From: Candidatus Latescibacterota bacterium
GTDB taxonomy: Bacteria; Latescibacterota; UBA2968; UBA8231
Reading direction: 5' to 3'
Length of the DNA: 64,000 nucleotides
NCBI GenBank assembly: GCA_965223905.1
Contig: CBDCXV010000011.1
Span: forward strand, 64,001 to 128,000
Positions 19,472-28,652 of this stretch are shown here, one piece after another. The notes under the pieces were generated by a model. That model had not been told where the DNA came from, ran no database searches, and saw nothing but the letters and a program-made list of their open reading frames with translations. Every line of letters begins with the position of its first letter. The stretch's first letter is position 1. Position numbers and translations under genes: made by a program.

Positions 19472-21634
19472 TCAAAAGATCCCGTGTCCGACTGCGCCGG
19501 CGAAGTAGTCGACGACGAGCCAGAGGCCCATGGCGAGCATCTGGCCGGCGATCATCCCGAGGAAGAGACCCCGGCTGCGGCGGTACCCGGAGGCGCCTCC
19601 GAATCTGAGGACGAGGACCTTGACGGCCCAGGCGAGGAAGACGCTGGTGACCACCACATTCATCAGGTTGGTCGCCGCTACCGGAAAGCCGACAGGATGC
19701 AGGGGCCACCAGGAGAGGCGCTGCCGCGCCCACATCATCAGGGCCATGGCGCCGCCGCCGCCCAAGAGGAAGCCCATGCCGGGCCAGTAGATCCCCGCCG
19801 GCTCGAGGTTCCTCGCCGCGTGGTCGTAGGCCACCGCCGGTCCGACCTTGAAGAACCACCCGTCGAGATTGACGCCCCCGTGGCGGTAGGCCATGTGGAA
19901 GGTCATCCAGGAGGAGCCCAGGGCCCCGATCAGCAGGGCGAGGAGGAGGGCCCGCGAGACCAGCCGGCGGCCGGAAGAATCCATCTCCTCGATCAGCTTC
20001 AGGGCGTTGGTGCAGGTCGCCATGGCGAAGGCGCGCACCTCCGAGCCCCAGATGTAGGCCAGGGAGAGGTTGAACACCCCTGTGGGGCCGACGAGGGTCG
20101 ACCCTAGCCCCATGACGACGAAGTCCGGGGCGTTGACCGGGGCCCGCAGGGTCGCGAGCCCGGCCACGGCAATGATCCGCGAAACGCCGGTGAAGATCAG
20201 CAGGGCGGTGACGACGAAGACCAGGGAGACCCAGAACGGCGTCCCCATTATCGACAGCCACGCGGTCATGACCGCGGCTCCGCCGAGGGTCCCGGCCACG
20301 GCGCCGCGGTACGGGAGGATCTCGTCGCTGTCGTCGACGTGGGGGGCCCGGCCCAGGGCCTTGAGCCAGACATCCTTCAGGTGATCGCGGCCCGTCCACA
20401 GCCCCGCCAGCACCAGCACGAGCAGGGCTCCGAGGCCCTGGTACCCGATCAGGGGGGAGTCGCTCACCCCGTGGAAGTGCACCTGGTCGGACTTGATGCC
20501 CCAGAGCTTGAGCGCCGCCTTCTCGAACTTGGCGAGCAGGAAGAACACCCAGACCCCGGCCGATATCCTCGTGTCGATCAGGTAGGAGAACCCGACCAGG
20601 GCGTAGTTGACGTGGCCGCCCATGAACGGCAGGGGTACCGAGAGGGCCGGCAGGGTGATCGAGGGGAAGTAGTGGGACAGCCCCCTGAAGCCGCCGGCGA
20701 TGAAGGGGACGGCCATGCCGATCAGCACCAAGGGCTGCCGGAAGAAGCCGTTGACGAGGCTTCCGGCCTCCTCGCCGCGGATCATCGCCAGACCTGCCTG
20801 GGCGATGGGATAGGCCAGCCGCTCCCGCTCCATCCACTGGCGCCGCAGGATCACCGCCATCGAGATCGTGCAGACGTAGAGGGCGAGCAGGAACACCGCC
20901 CACCAGGCCAGCGGCTCGGCCCAGGCGCCGTAGGGGATCTCCTGCCCGGGTTCGGAGATGCCCTCGAAGAAAGCGGCGTTTCCGGCCCCGTCGTCGACGA
21001 GGACGTTCCGCTCGGGGAAGAGGGGGAAAAGCTTCTCCCTCCACTGGTTCTCGGGGGAGGCGTAGTAGAAGATGGCGGTCAGGGTGGGCAGGAACTGCTC
21101 GATCAGGCCCATGGTGCAGATGGCCGAGACCATCGCCAGCATGGCGTAGACCATGATCAGCTCCCCCCGGTTGAGGGCGAGGCTGCGGCCGGCCCAGGCC
21201 ATGGGCAGGTTCGCCAGGGCGCAGACCAGCAGGAAGGTGGAAAAGATCAGCCCGGGGGAAAGGGGATCGAGGCGCGTCAGCGGCCAGTAGACGAGGAACC
21301 AGGCCGCGGCCGCGAACAGGGCGAAAACCAGCGCTGTTCCCCTGCCGCGCGCGGCGAGCTTGAAGAGGAAGTTGAGCAGCCCGATCAGCAGAAGAAAGAG
21401 GAAGATGGCGCCCGGTGTGCTGATGTCGGCTGCGAGGTAGGCCCCCTTGATGATCATGTTGCCGTAGGGCGCCCCGATCGCCAGGAAAAAGCTGAGGAAG
21501 CTCCCGACCCAGAATCCCCGCCAGGTGAGGTGCTGCCGGGACTGAACCGGCTCGAACCGCGATTCCAGATGCTCGCGGTGGGGGGCTGCTATCTGCTTTC
21601 TCATCAGTTTCGGGCGGACTTGCGCCGTTGGCAA
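19472..21634 (-). CDS. DUF6785/DUF6784-family polytopic membrane protein (putative transporter)
   Basis: LRRQWMERERLAYPI and WWPLHPVGF motifs; many TM helices. Confidence 0.8.
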   Translation of the reverse strand: MPTAQVRPKLMRKQIAAPHREHLESRFEPVQSRQHLTWRGFWVGSFLSFFLAIGAPYGNMIIKGAYLAADISTPGAIFLFLLLIGLLNFLFKLAARGRGTALVFALFAAAAWFLVYWPLTRLDPLSPGLIFSTFLLVCALANLPMAWAGRSLALNRGELIMVYAMLAMVSAICTMGLIEQFLPTLTAIFYYASPENQWREKLFPLFPERNVLVDDGAGNAAFFEGISEPGQEIPYGAWAEPLAWWAVFLLALYVCTISMAVILRRQWMERERLAYPIAQAGLAMIRGEEAGSLVNGFFRQPLVLIGMAVPFIAGGFRGLSHYFPSITLPALSVPLPFMGGHVNYALVGFSYLIDTRISAGVWVFFLLAKFEKAALKLWGIKSDQVHFHGVSDSPLIGYQGLGALLVLVLAGLWTGRDHLKDVWLKALGRAPHVDDSDEILPYRGAVAGTLGGAAVMTAWLSIMGTPFWVSLVFVVTALLIFTGVSRIIAVAGLATLRAPVNAPDFVVMGLGSTLVGPTGVFNLSLAYIWGSEVRAFAMATCTNALKLIEEMDSSGRRLVSRALLLALLIGALGSSWMTFHMAYRHGGVNLDGWFFKVGPAVAYDHAARNLEPAGIYWPGMGFLLGGGGAMALMMWARQRLSWWPLHPVGFPVAATNLMNVVVTSVFLAWAVKVLVLRFGGASGYRRSRGLFLGMIAGQMLAMGLWLVVDYFAGAVGHGIF

Positions 21635-21822
21635 AAAACCGTGTTCCTCTAGGAGGAAAGCCCCAGCCTTGGTGGCTTGCCCGGACCTCGGGTGCCGTGG
21701 ACCGGCTGGTTTTTGGAAGACCGGGCGTACGGCTTGAACACGGTGACTATGTAGTGTAGTAGCCGCGGAGGTTCCGAAATAGAGACCATGCAGATATGGT
21801 CAAGAATGGGGAGGTATGTGAA

Positions 21823-22077
21823 TTGAAGCTGTACAAGCTGTCTTATGTTATGCACGATCCTTCGGAGGAAACGGAGGATAAGTTCATGGCCGAGATACCC
21901 GCTCTTCCGGGATGCAGGGCTTGGGGGGATACTCCCGCCGAAACGCTGGAAATACTAAAGAGCGTGGCCGCGGCTTTCATCGAGTCTTATGCGGATGGAG
22001 GAGATGAGATGCCTCCTGAAGTGAGTTCTTCGTTGATCGAATCTGATGACGCCACCGACGTATTGATCGCAATTTGA
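21823..22077 (+). CDS. hicB: HicB-family antitoxin (short form)
   Basis: FMAEIPALPGCRAWGDTPAE motif; GGAGG RBS before TTG. Confidence 0.8.
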   Translation: MKLYKLSYVMHDPSEETEDKFMAEIPALPGCRAWGDTPAETLEILKSVAAAFIESYADGGDEMPPEVSSSLIESDDATDVLIAI

Positions 22078-22283
22078 ATTATAGAGAACTCACGCGCAAG
22101 TTGCGAAGGCTGGGTTGCGAGCTTGACCGACAAGGCAAAGGCGACCACGAAATCTGGATAAACGTCGATACCCGTTCCAAGACGACAATCCCAAACTGGG
22201 GAAGTCGCGATCTGAAGATTGGTACTATCAGGGCAATTCAGCGAGACCTGGATATATCGGAAGAGGAATTCGAGCGGGCGTAA
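22074..22283 (+). CDS. hicA: HicA-family toxin
   Basis: RQGKGDHEIW and DLKIGTIRAI motifs; 69 aa. Confidence 0.85.
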   Translation: MNYRELTRKLRRLGCELDRQGKGDHEIWINVDTRSKTTIPNWGSRDLKIGTIRAIQRDLDISEEEFERA

Positions 22284-22498
22284 TGCAGGCGTAATGTCTT
22301 TGTATTTCTATTCCAGATTTGACATGTGAGGACATGCTGGTTGTACCTGGACTTTTGCAAACTCCACTTTTACTGAAGTTTGAGATGCGCGACAATTCTC
22401 TGCTCTGTTGACCCTATCGTGGCTTGGTCCACTACCAGGAGATGGTCGCCTGACAAGGAACAGGGCCACGGCCCGGCGCCGTAAACCAGGGAACGCCA

Positions 22499-22616
22499 CT
22501 ATCGATCGATTTCGAGGGCTGCCTTGATGCGTCCCCACGTGCGGTCCCGGATAGCGCTGTCCGCTTGATCGCGGCTCAGTAGCATTACGTCAGTGCCGAA
22601 TAGATTGTACCATTTT
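22499..22616 (-). pseudogene. 3' remnant of the third TWGRIK-tail paralog
   Basis: KWYNLFGTDVMLLSRDQADSAIRDRTWGRIKAALEIDR is nearly identical to the tails of the two intact paralogs. Confidence 0.85.
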
Positions 22617-23480
22617 TCGCCTCCGGCATGCGCGCGGCATAGCGCACGTCGACGCGTTGGGGTTCCTCCGCCTCGGGATTCAGCGGCGTCAGGTAGGTGT
22701 CGACCCTGCCCACCCCCGCCTCTTTCCACGCCGTGGGGGCGCTGTCGGTTTCGCTGTCCATCGGTCGTTCGGCGGGCCGTCCGCGCTTGGGTGCCGGTTC
22801 CCGCAGGGGCACGGTACCTCCGTCCCAACTGACCACCAGGGTGTCGCCCTCGGGAGCCAGCGGCGCCGCTGCTTGCAAGGCCAACTCGAGGTGTTCGGCG
22901 TGGTTCTCGGCATACTGGCCGACCCGGGTCAACAGCTGCTGAATGGCGGTGCGCGAGGGCGGCTCGGGCAGCAATTCACGCAAGCTGTTCTCGACCTCGG
23001 CAGGGACCATGCCGGCGCCCAGAAACGCCGTCAGGCGCTCCAGCTCCGGCACCATGAATCGCTTGACCATGCCGCAGCGCTCGTCCAGAGGCACCCGGCT
23101 CGGTCCGCCGCGATCGCGTTGGTATAGCCGCCGCGCCACCACAACCTTGCCCCACAGGGTCACCCACTCCTTGTCGACCACCTGCTTGAATCGGTACACC
23201 TTCCCCTGGTGTACCACGGTGTCGTCGTCCAATTCACAAGCTTGAACCAAGCGTTGGAAACCGCTTCGACCGATGTCGTCCAAGCACGATCGAAACTCCC
23301 CCAGCATCCGGCGAAAGGCATCCGGTCCTGCTTGCCCGGACTGCAGGCGATGTTCCCACTGCCGGACATTTTCCTGCAGGTTGGTCAGGCGAGCGCTCAA
23401 ATCGTGCGTATCTTCCATCTGGGACCCCTTTCCGGTTTTTGGGCGTAAGTGCATATACCCAAAAGTACAACTCGTACCCG
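22617..23480 (-). mobile_element. ISKra4-family transposase, 3'-truncated
   Basis: TLWGKVVVARRLYQ..VPLDERCG, VSWDGGTVP, WKEAGVG; C-terminal catalytic half absent. Confidence 0.75.
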
Positions 23481-23578
23481 GACTTGGGGTCCCACTCTTG
23501 TTAAAAAGTGCGTAAAGTGGAGGCCTTGAGACCGTAGGTAGTTCTTCCAGTTCTTACCGGGACTACATACAATTGATA

Positions 23579-23832
23579 GGGATCGTACGAGAAGTCATCC
23601 ATTTCGAAATCGATCGTCTTCAGAGTCGGTTCGCCCAGCAAGTCGGGCCATTCATCGGTGGTGCCGTCTCGCAGATCGATCTGGGCAAGCATGTCGTCGG
23701 TGATCTCCAGGATCGGAACCACCCGGTCCCCTTCATGCGCGATCGCCCAGTGGGAAGGAAAGCGGCGCATGTTATGTCAGCGGTAAGGAGGAGGAACGGC
23801 CTCCTTCCGCCGGATTGATGAGAGACTTCCAT
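23579..23832 (-). pseudogene. 5' part of the third TWGRIK-tail paralog (frameshifted, interrupted)
   Basis: AHEGDRVVPILEITDDMLAQIDLRDGTTDEWPDLLGEPTLKTIDF; homology stops after YDP. Confidence 0.8.
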
Positions 23833-23978
23833 TTGAAAATCCTTTCGTCCCGAACAACGAAAAAAGCCCGCGACCAAGTTCTTCTTCAGACGGTGAAGGT
23901 AGCTTGCCTGACAGGGACTCGGGCAACGGGCTCTGGGGCCGGTGCCGGCGGTACAGGCCGCGCCGGAAAGCAGGCGGC

Positions 23979-24875
23979 CTATCGATCGAGATCGAGGGCT
24001 GCCTTGATGCGGCCCCAGGTGCGGTCGCCCACAGCGCTGTCGGCCTGATCGCGGCTCAGCAGCATTGCGTCATTGACACCGGGTCCGTATCCCAGCCCAT
24101 ACCTCGCCAAATAGTCGGAACTATCTCGATCCCATACTCCCAGCCCAAATCCAATCACCTCTCCGGCCCTGAGGTCGGACACCACGCTGCTATCCGGTTC
24201 GAGGGCTATCAGCAAATCGAACGGGGTCACGAAGAATTCTATAGTCCAGATTGTAGGCTGTTCTCCAATCACATTACCACCTGCTTCACAATACGGTAGA
24301 TGGATCATCCAGTCTCCAAGGGGTTCGAGACCCGAATGCGTAACCCATGGCAGAATCACGGTGGGACCCTCGGAAACCCACGGGGTCGCATAGTAGCCTT
24401 GAATTTCCAATCGGTGACTCCCCTTCCCTATGAGACTTTCCCTAAGAGGCCCGCTGTGATCCCCGTCGACAACGAATGTTATCCTGTCCCTACGCGAGTT
24501 TGGTCCGAAAGGAGGACCTGTCCCTCCCCAGTACTCGTTATCGACGAAGGCCCCCGCGAAGTAGATGCGATCCAACTCCGCGTGCCAGCCCAACCATATG
24601 GCGAAGTCAAAGTCCGCGGGATCGTACTCAGTGGAGAGATCGCTATCCGTTTTGAAATCGATTGTTTTCAAGGTCGGCGCCCCCAACAAATCGGGCCATT
24701 CATCGGTGGTGCCGTCTCGCAGGTCGATCCGGGCCAGCATGTCTTCGGTGATCTCCAGGATCGGATACACACGTTCGCCTTCATGCGCGGCGACGTAACG
24801 GGGAAGCAGTGCGGCGCAGGCCATGGCGGCGATGAGGAACAGCCCCCTGCCGCCGAATAGATGGGCGATCTTCAC
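23979..24875 (-). CDS. secreted CBM9/DOMON-like protein with C-terminal TWGRIK motif (paralog 2)
   Basis: AGGAGG RBS + GTG, signal peptide ending VAA-HEG, IDLRDG..DEW, VDGDHSG, tail TWGRIKAAL; fold call tentative. Confidence 0.8.
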   Translation of the reverse strand: MKIAHLFGGRGLFLIAAMACAALLPRYVAAHEGERVYPILEITEDMLARIDLRDGTTDEWPDLLGAPTLKTIDFKTDSDLSTEYDPADFDFAIWLGWHAELDRIYFAGAFVDNEYWGGTGPPFGPNSRRDRITFVVDGDHSGPLRESLIGKGSHRLEIQGYYATPWVSEGPTVILPWVTHSGLEPLGDWMIHLPYCEAGGNVIGEQPTIWTIEFFVTPFDLLIALEPDSSVVSDLRAGEVIGFGLGVWDRDSSDYLARYGLGYGPGVNDAMLLSRDQADSAVGDRTWGRIKAALDLDR

Positions 24876-25041
24876 TTTACTCGTCCTCCTTTGTCGTCCT
24901 CTCGCCCCGAGAACCATACGACAAAAGCCCGCGGCCAAGTCCTTCAGGCGGCGAGGGCAACTCGCCTGACAGGGATTCTCGGGCCACGGGCTCTGGGGCC
25001 GACGCCGGCGGTACAGGCCGCGTCGAAAACCAGGGACCGAC

Positions 25042-25950
25042 CTATCGATCGACCTCGAGGGCTGCTTTGATGCGGCCCCAGGTGCGGTCGCGGATGACGC
25101 TGTCGGCCTGATCGCGGCTCAGCAGGATTGCGTCGGTGTCCAAGAGGCTGTACCACTTGATATCCTGCCCGACCTGATCTTTATCGTATACGTCCACATA
25201 AAGTCCAATCACCTCACCCGCTGTGAGGTCGGATACCACGCTTTCATCCGGCTCGAGGGCGACCAGCAAGTCGAACGGGGTCACGAAAAATTCCATACTC
25301 CAAATCGTCGGATTCCCTTCAATCACATTTTCACCTGCTTCACAATACGGAGGATGGATCATCCAGTCTCCAAGGGGTTCGAGATTTTCATCCACATGCG
25401 TAATGTATGGTATAATCACGGTGGGACCCTCCGAAATCCATGGAGTCGCCATATAGAATTGAATTTCCGATCGGTAAGCCGACTCACCATAATCAAAGAA
25501 GTCAGCCGTAATAGGCCCGCTGTGGTCGCCGTCAACCCCTAATGATATTTTGTCCTGGCTTGCATTTGTTCCGTAAGGAGGATGACCTGTCCCCCAGTAC
25601 GCGTTATCGACGAAGGCCCCGGCTAGGTAGATGCGGTCCAGCTCCTCGTGCCAGCCCAGCCAAATTGCGAAATCGAAGTCCGCGGGATCGTACTCCGTGG
25701 AGAAGAACTCACTATCCATTTGGAAATCGATCGTCCTCAGGGTCGGCTCGCCCAGCAAGTCGGGCCATTCATCGGTGGTGCCGTCTCGCAGGTCGATTTG
25801 ACTCAGCATGTCGTCGGTGATCTCCAGGATCGGAACCACCCGGTCCCCTTCATGCGCGGTCGCCATGTGAGGAGGGAGGGAGGCGCATGTGACGGCGGCG
25901 GTGAGGAGGAGGAACGGCCCCCTGGCGCCGAATAGATGGGAGATTTTCAT
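25042..25950 (-). CDS. secreted CBM9/DOMON-like protein with C-terminal TWGRIK motif (paralog 1)
   Basis: Signal peptide ending ATA-HEG; colinear with paralog 2; tail TWGRIKAAL. Confidence 0.8.
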   Translation of the reverse strand: MKISHLFGARGPFLLLTAAVTCASLPPHMATAHEGDRVVPILEITDDMLSQIDLRDGTTDEWPDLLGEPTLRTIDFQMDSEFFSTEYDPADFDFAIWLGWHEELDRIYLAGAFVDNAYWGTGHPPYGTNASQDKISLGVDGDHSGPITADFFDYGESAYRSEIQFYMATPWISEGPTVIIPYITHVDENLEPLGDWMIHPPYCEAGENVIEGNPTIWSMEFFVTPFDLLVALEPDESVVSDLTAGEVIGLYVDVYDKDQVGQDIKWYSLLDTDAILLSRDQADSVIRDRTWGRIKAALEVDR

Positions 25951-25971
25951 GCGAGTCTGTCCTTTTCTTTT

Positions 25972-27519
25972 CCCTCTGGTTGCATAAAAACAGGACATTT
26001 TTCATCTCTGAACTGCCACACTTCACTTGCGGCGCCTCTGAAAATGGGGTATTGATGATGTCGACCAAGACATTTATCGACCCCTTCCAGGAGGACACCG
26101 CAAGTGAAGTGTAGCAAACAAGCCATTTTAGCCCGTTTTCACAAGCTCCCGCGTCTTCGCTTCGAGGATCAACAGCTTACCTCCTTTGCAGGAACGATTG
26201 TTTTTCAACTCCTCTTCCAGCGCCTGGATCTCAAGGCTCGACTGAAGCCATGCTTCCCCGCCAATAGCTCAGCGATCTTTGGTCCCCATCTCATTGTAAT
26301 GTGGCTCATCTTGCATCTGCTGCTGGGCTTCCGGCGGCTGCGAGACGTCGATTATTACCGGGACGATCCCGTGGTCTTGCGCTTGTTGGGCGTACGTCGC
26401 CTGCCGGATGTGGCCACCGTCAGTCGCACGCTGGCGAAAATGGGCCATTCCAGTGTCGAAAAAGTGCGCCACCTGTCTTCGACCTTGGTGGTGCAAGCGC
26501 TCCAGCGCGAACGCTGTCCTCGCCTGACCCTCGACTTCGACGGCTCGGTGTCCTCCACTTGTGGTCATGCTGAAGGTACCGCGGTCGGCTACAATCCCAA
26601 GAAAAAAGGGGCGCGCAGCTACTACAACCTGTTTTGCACGGTGGCCCAAACCGGTCAATTCTTCGATGTCCTTCACCGGCCCGGCAACGTCCATGACAGC
26701 AAGGACGCTCATGAATTCATGATGAACGTTTTCGATCGCGTGGGCGACGAACTGGCGCACCCCGTGCTCGAGTCCCGACTGGACAGCGCCTTCTTCAGCC
26801 AACACACGCTTACCCTCATGGACCTGTATGGCGTCGAATGCACGATCAGTGTCCCTTTCGAACGCTTTGCGCTACTCAAGGACAAAATCGAGGCGCGCCA
26901 GCGCTGGTGCTATCTCGATGAGCAATGCTCCTATTTCGAGAGTGACTGGAAACCCAAAAGCTGGCCGGCCTCGTACCGGTTTCTCTTCGTGCGCCGTAGG
27001 GTACGGCGCACGACCAAGGAAGCGCTGCAACTGGATCTGTTCGAACCCCGAGCATTCGATCACGAGTACCGCGTTGTGGTTACCAACAAGCCGAGCCTCG
27101 GCACGTAGCGTGCTCCTCTTCCACTATGGCCGCGGCGCTCAGGAAGGGATCTTCGCCGAGGCCAAGCAACATGCCGGGCTGGATCTGATCCCCACCCGAC
27201 GGCTGCTCGGAAACCAGATGGTTACTTTGGGTGCGATGATGGCCCACAACCTGGGGCGCGAAATGCAGATGCTGGCGCAGGCGCGATCCAACTATTCGCG
27301 TGGCAAACGTCCGGCGGCGTGGACCTTCCAGACCCTGGGCACCTTGCGTCAGCGCTTCCTGCATCGCGCCGGGCGTCTCACTCAGCCCAAGGGAGAGTTG
27401 ACCCTGACCATGAACTCGAATCCAAAAATCGAAAAGGATCTGTTGCATTTTCTCGATACACTGAAGGATGCGGCCTGACCACAACCACCTCCTTCAAGCT
27501 GATTTATGCAACGTTAGGG
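25972..27519 (+). mobile_element. IS1380-family element; transposase 26104-27478 frameshifted near 27100
   Basis: LTSFAG, TLDFDGS, GYNPKKKG.RSY, RPGNVH, RLDSAF motifs; TIRs CCCTCTGGTTGCATAAA and TTTATGCAACGTTAGGG (14/17 match). Confidence 0.9.
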
Positions 27520-28644
27520 GTTACTGACGGCTACTCGATGGGTCTTCCATCGGATGCCTCCGTTAGTACTGACCAGGCGAACTTCCCAGTGCGCAGGGTA
27601 GTGTAGGGGCGGCAGCTTTCTGGGAAAAGGACGTGGCGAAGGCTGGTAGAACTCGACCGGAGGTCTTTGTCCCAAGGCCTCGTGGGGTCGTTCCTGGTTG
27701 TATTCGTGACGGAAGCGGGTAAAGCGGTATTGCTGTCCGAAGCGGGACGCGGCGGGGGGAATCGTCGCCTCCCGCTTGAGCGTGCCATGCAGGCGTTCGT
27801 GGCGCCCATTCTGCGGCGGGCAGCCGGGCTGGATGCGCTCGGGCAAGATGCCGAGCCGGATCCACCAGACCGACAGTTGGGAGAGCCGTCCCAGCGCCTG
27901 GGAGGAGGCGAAGGGGGCGCCGTTGTCGGTGCGGAGGATGCGGGGCAGGCCGTAGGTGCGGAAGAGCCGGTGGAAGACCGGCCGGCTCAGTTGCCCCTGG
28001 GGCGCGTCGAGGGCTTGGCACCCCAGCAGGAAGCGGCTGTAGCCGTCGCGACGGTCAGCGGGTAGCAGTAGCGGCCATCCAGGGTCTTGAACTGCCCCTT
28101 GAAGTCGGCGGTCCAGACGTGATTGGGCGCGCTCAGGGGGGTCTGGGGTGGCCCCGCAGAGCCCCGGCCGGCGCCGCGTCCGCGGCGTCGGCACCAGGCC
28201 ATGGCGTTTGAGGATGTCGCAGACGGTGTGCGTGCCGGCCAGGGGCGATGCGGCTGCGATCGCCAGAGGAGCGCCAGCAGCTTCTTGGCCCCCCACGTCG
28301 GGTGTGTGCGGCGCGCCTCGAGAATCGCCTCTACGAGGTCGGAAGACGTAGCGTGCGGGCAACGGACCGGTCTACGCGACTGCGCCATCAAGCCGGCAGC
28401 GCCTGTGTCGACATACCGCTGCACCCACTTGTAGCCGGTGGGACGGCTGATGCCGTAGCGACGGCACAGCTCGGAAAAGGGGAAGAAGTCCTCGAGGTAA
28501 TCGGCGATGAAATGCATTCGTTGGTCCATGGCTGAGGTTTCGTTCCAGGGCATGTGAGCACCTCCTTGAGATGCCCAAAGGTGGGCGAAACTGTAAATCA
28601 TGTACCTGGACTGATCTGTAAAACCATGTACCTGGACCGTACCA
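27520..28644 (-). mobile_element. IS481-family element (transposase from 28553, frameshifted, 3' end cut off at IS1380)
   Basis: MPWNETSAMDQR, WTADFKG, RTDNGAPF, QNGRHERLH, YNQERPHEAL; doubled subterminal TGTAAA..CATGTACCTGGAC repeats at 28592-28644. Confidence 0.88.
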
Positions 28645-28652
28645 GATTGAGC

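Noticed and set aside
23860-24994. Integron attC sites
   Set aside because: The hairpins lack RYYYAAC/GTTRRRY boxes and no integrase is present
27090-27110. Programmed frameshift in the IS1380 transposase
   Set aside because: No slippery heptamer; the family normally uses a single ORF, so this is more likely decay or error
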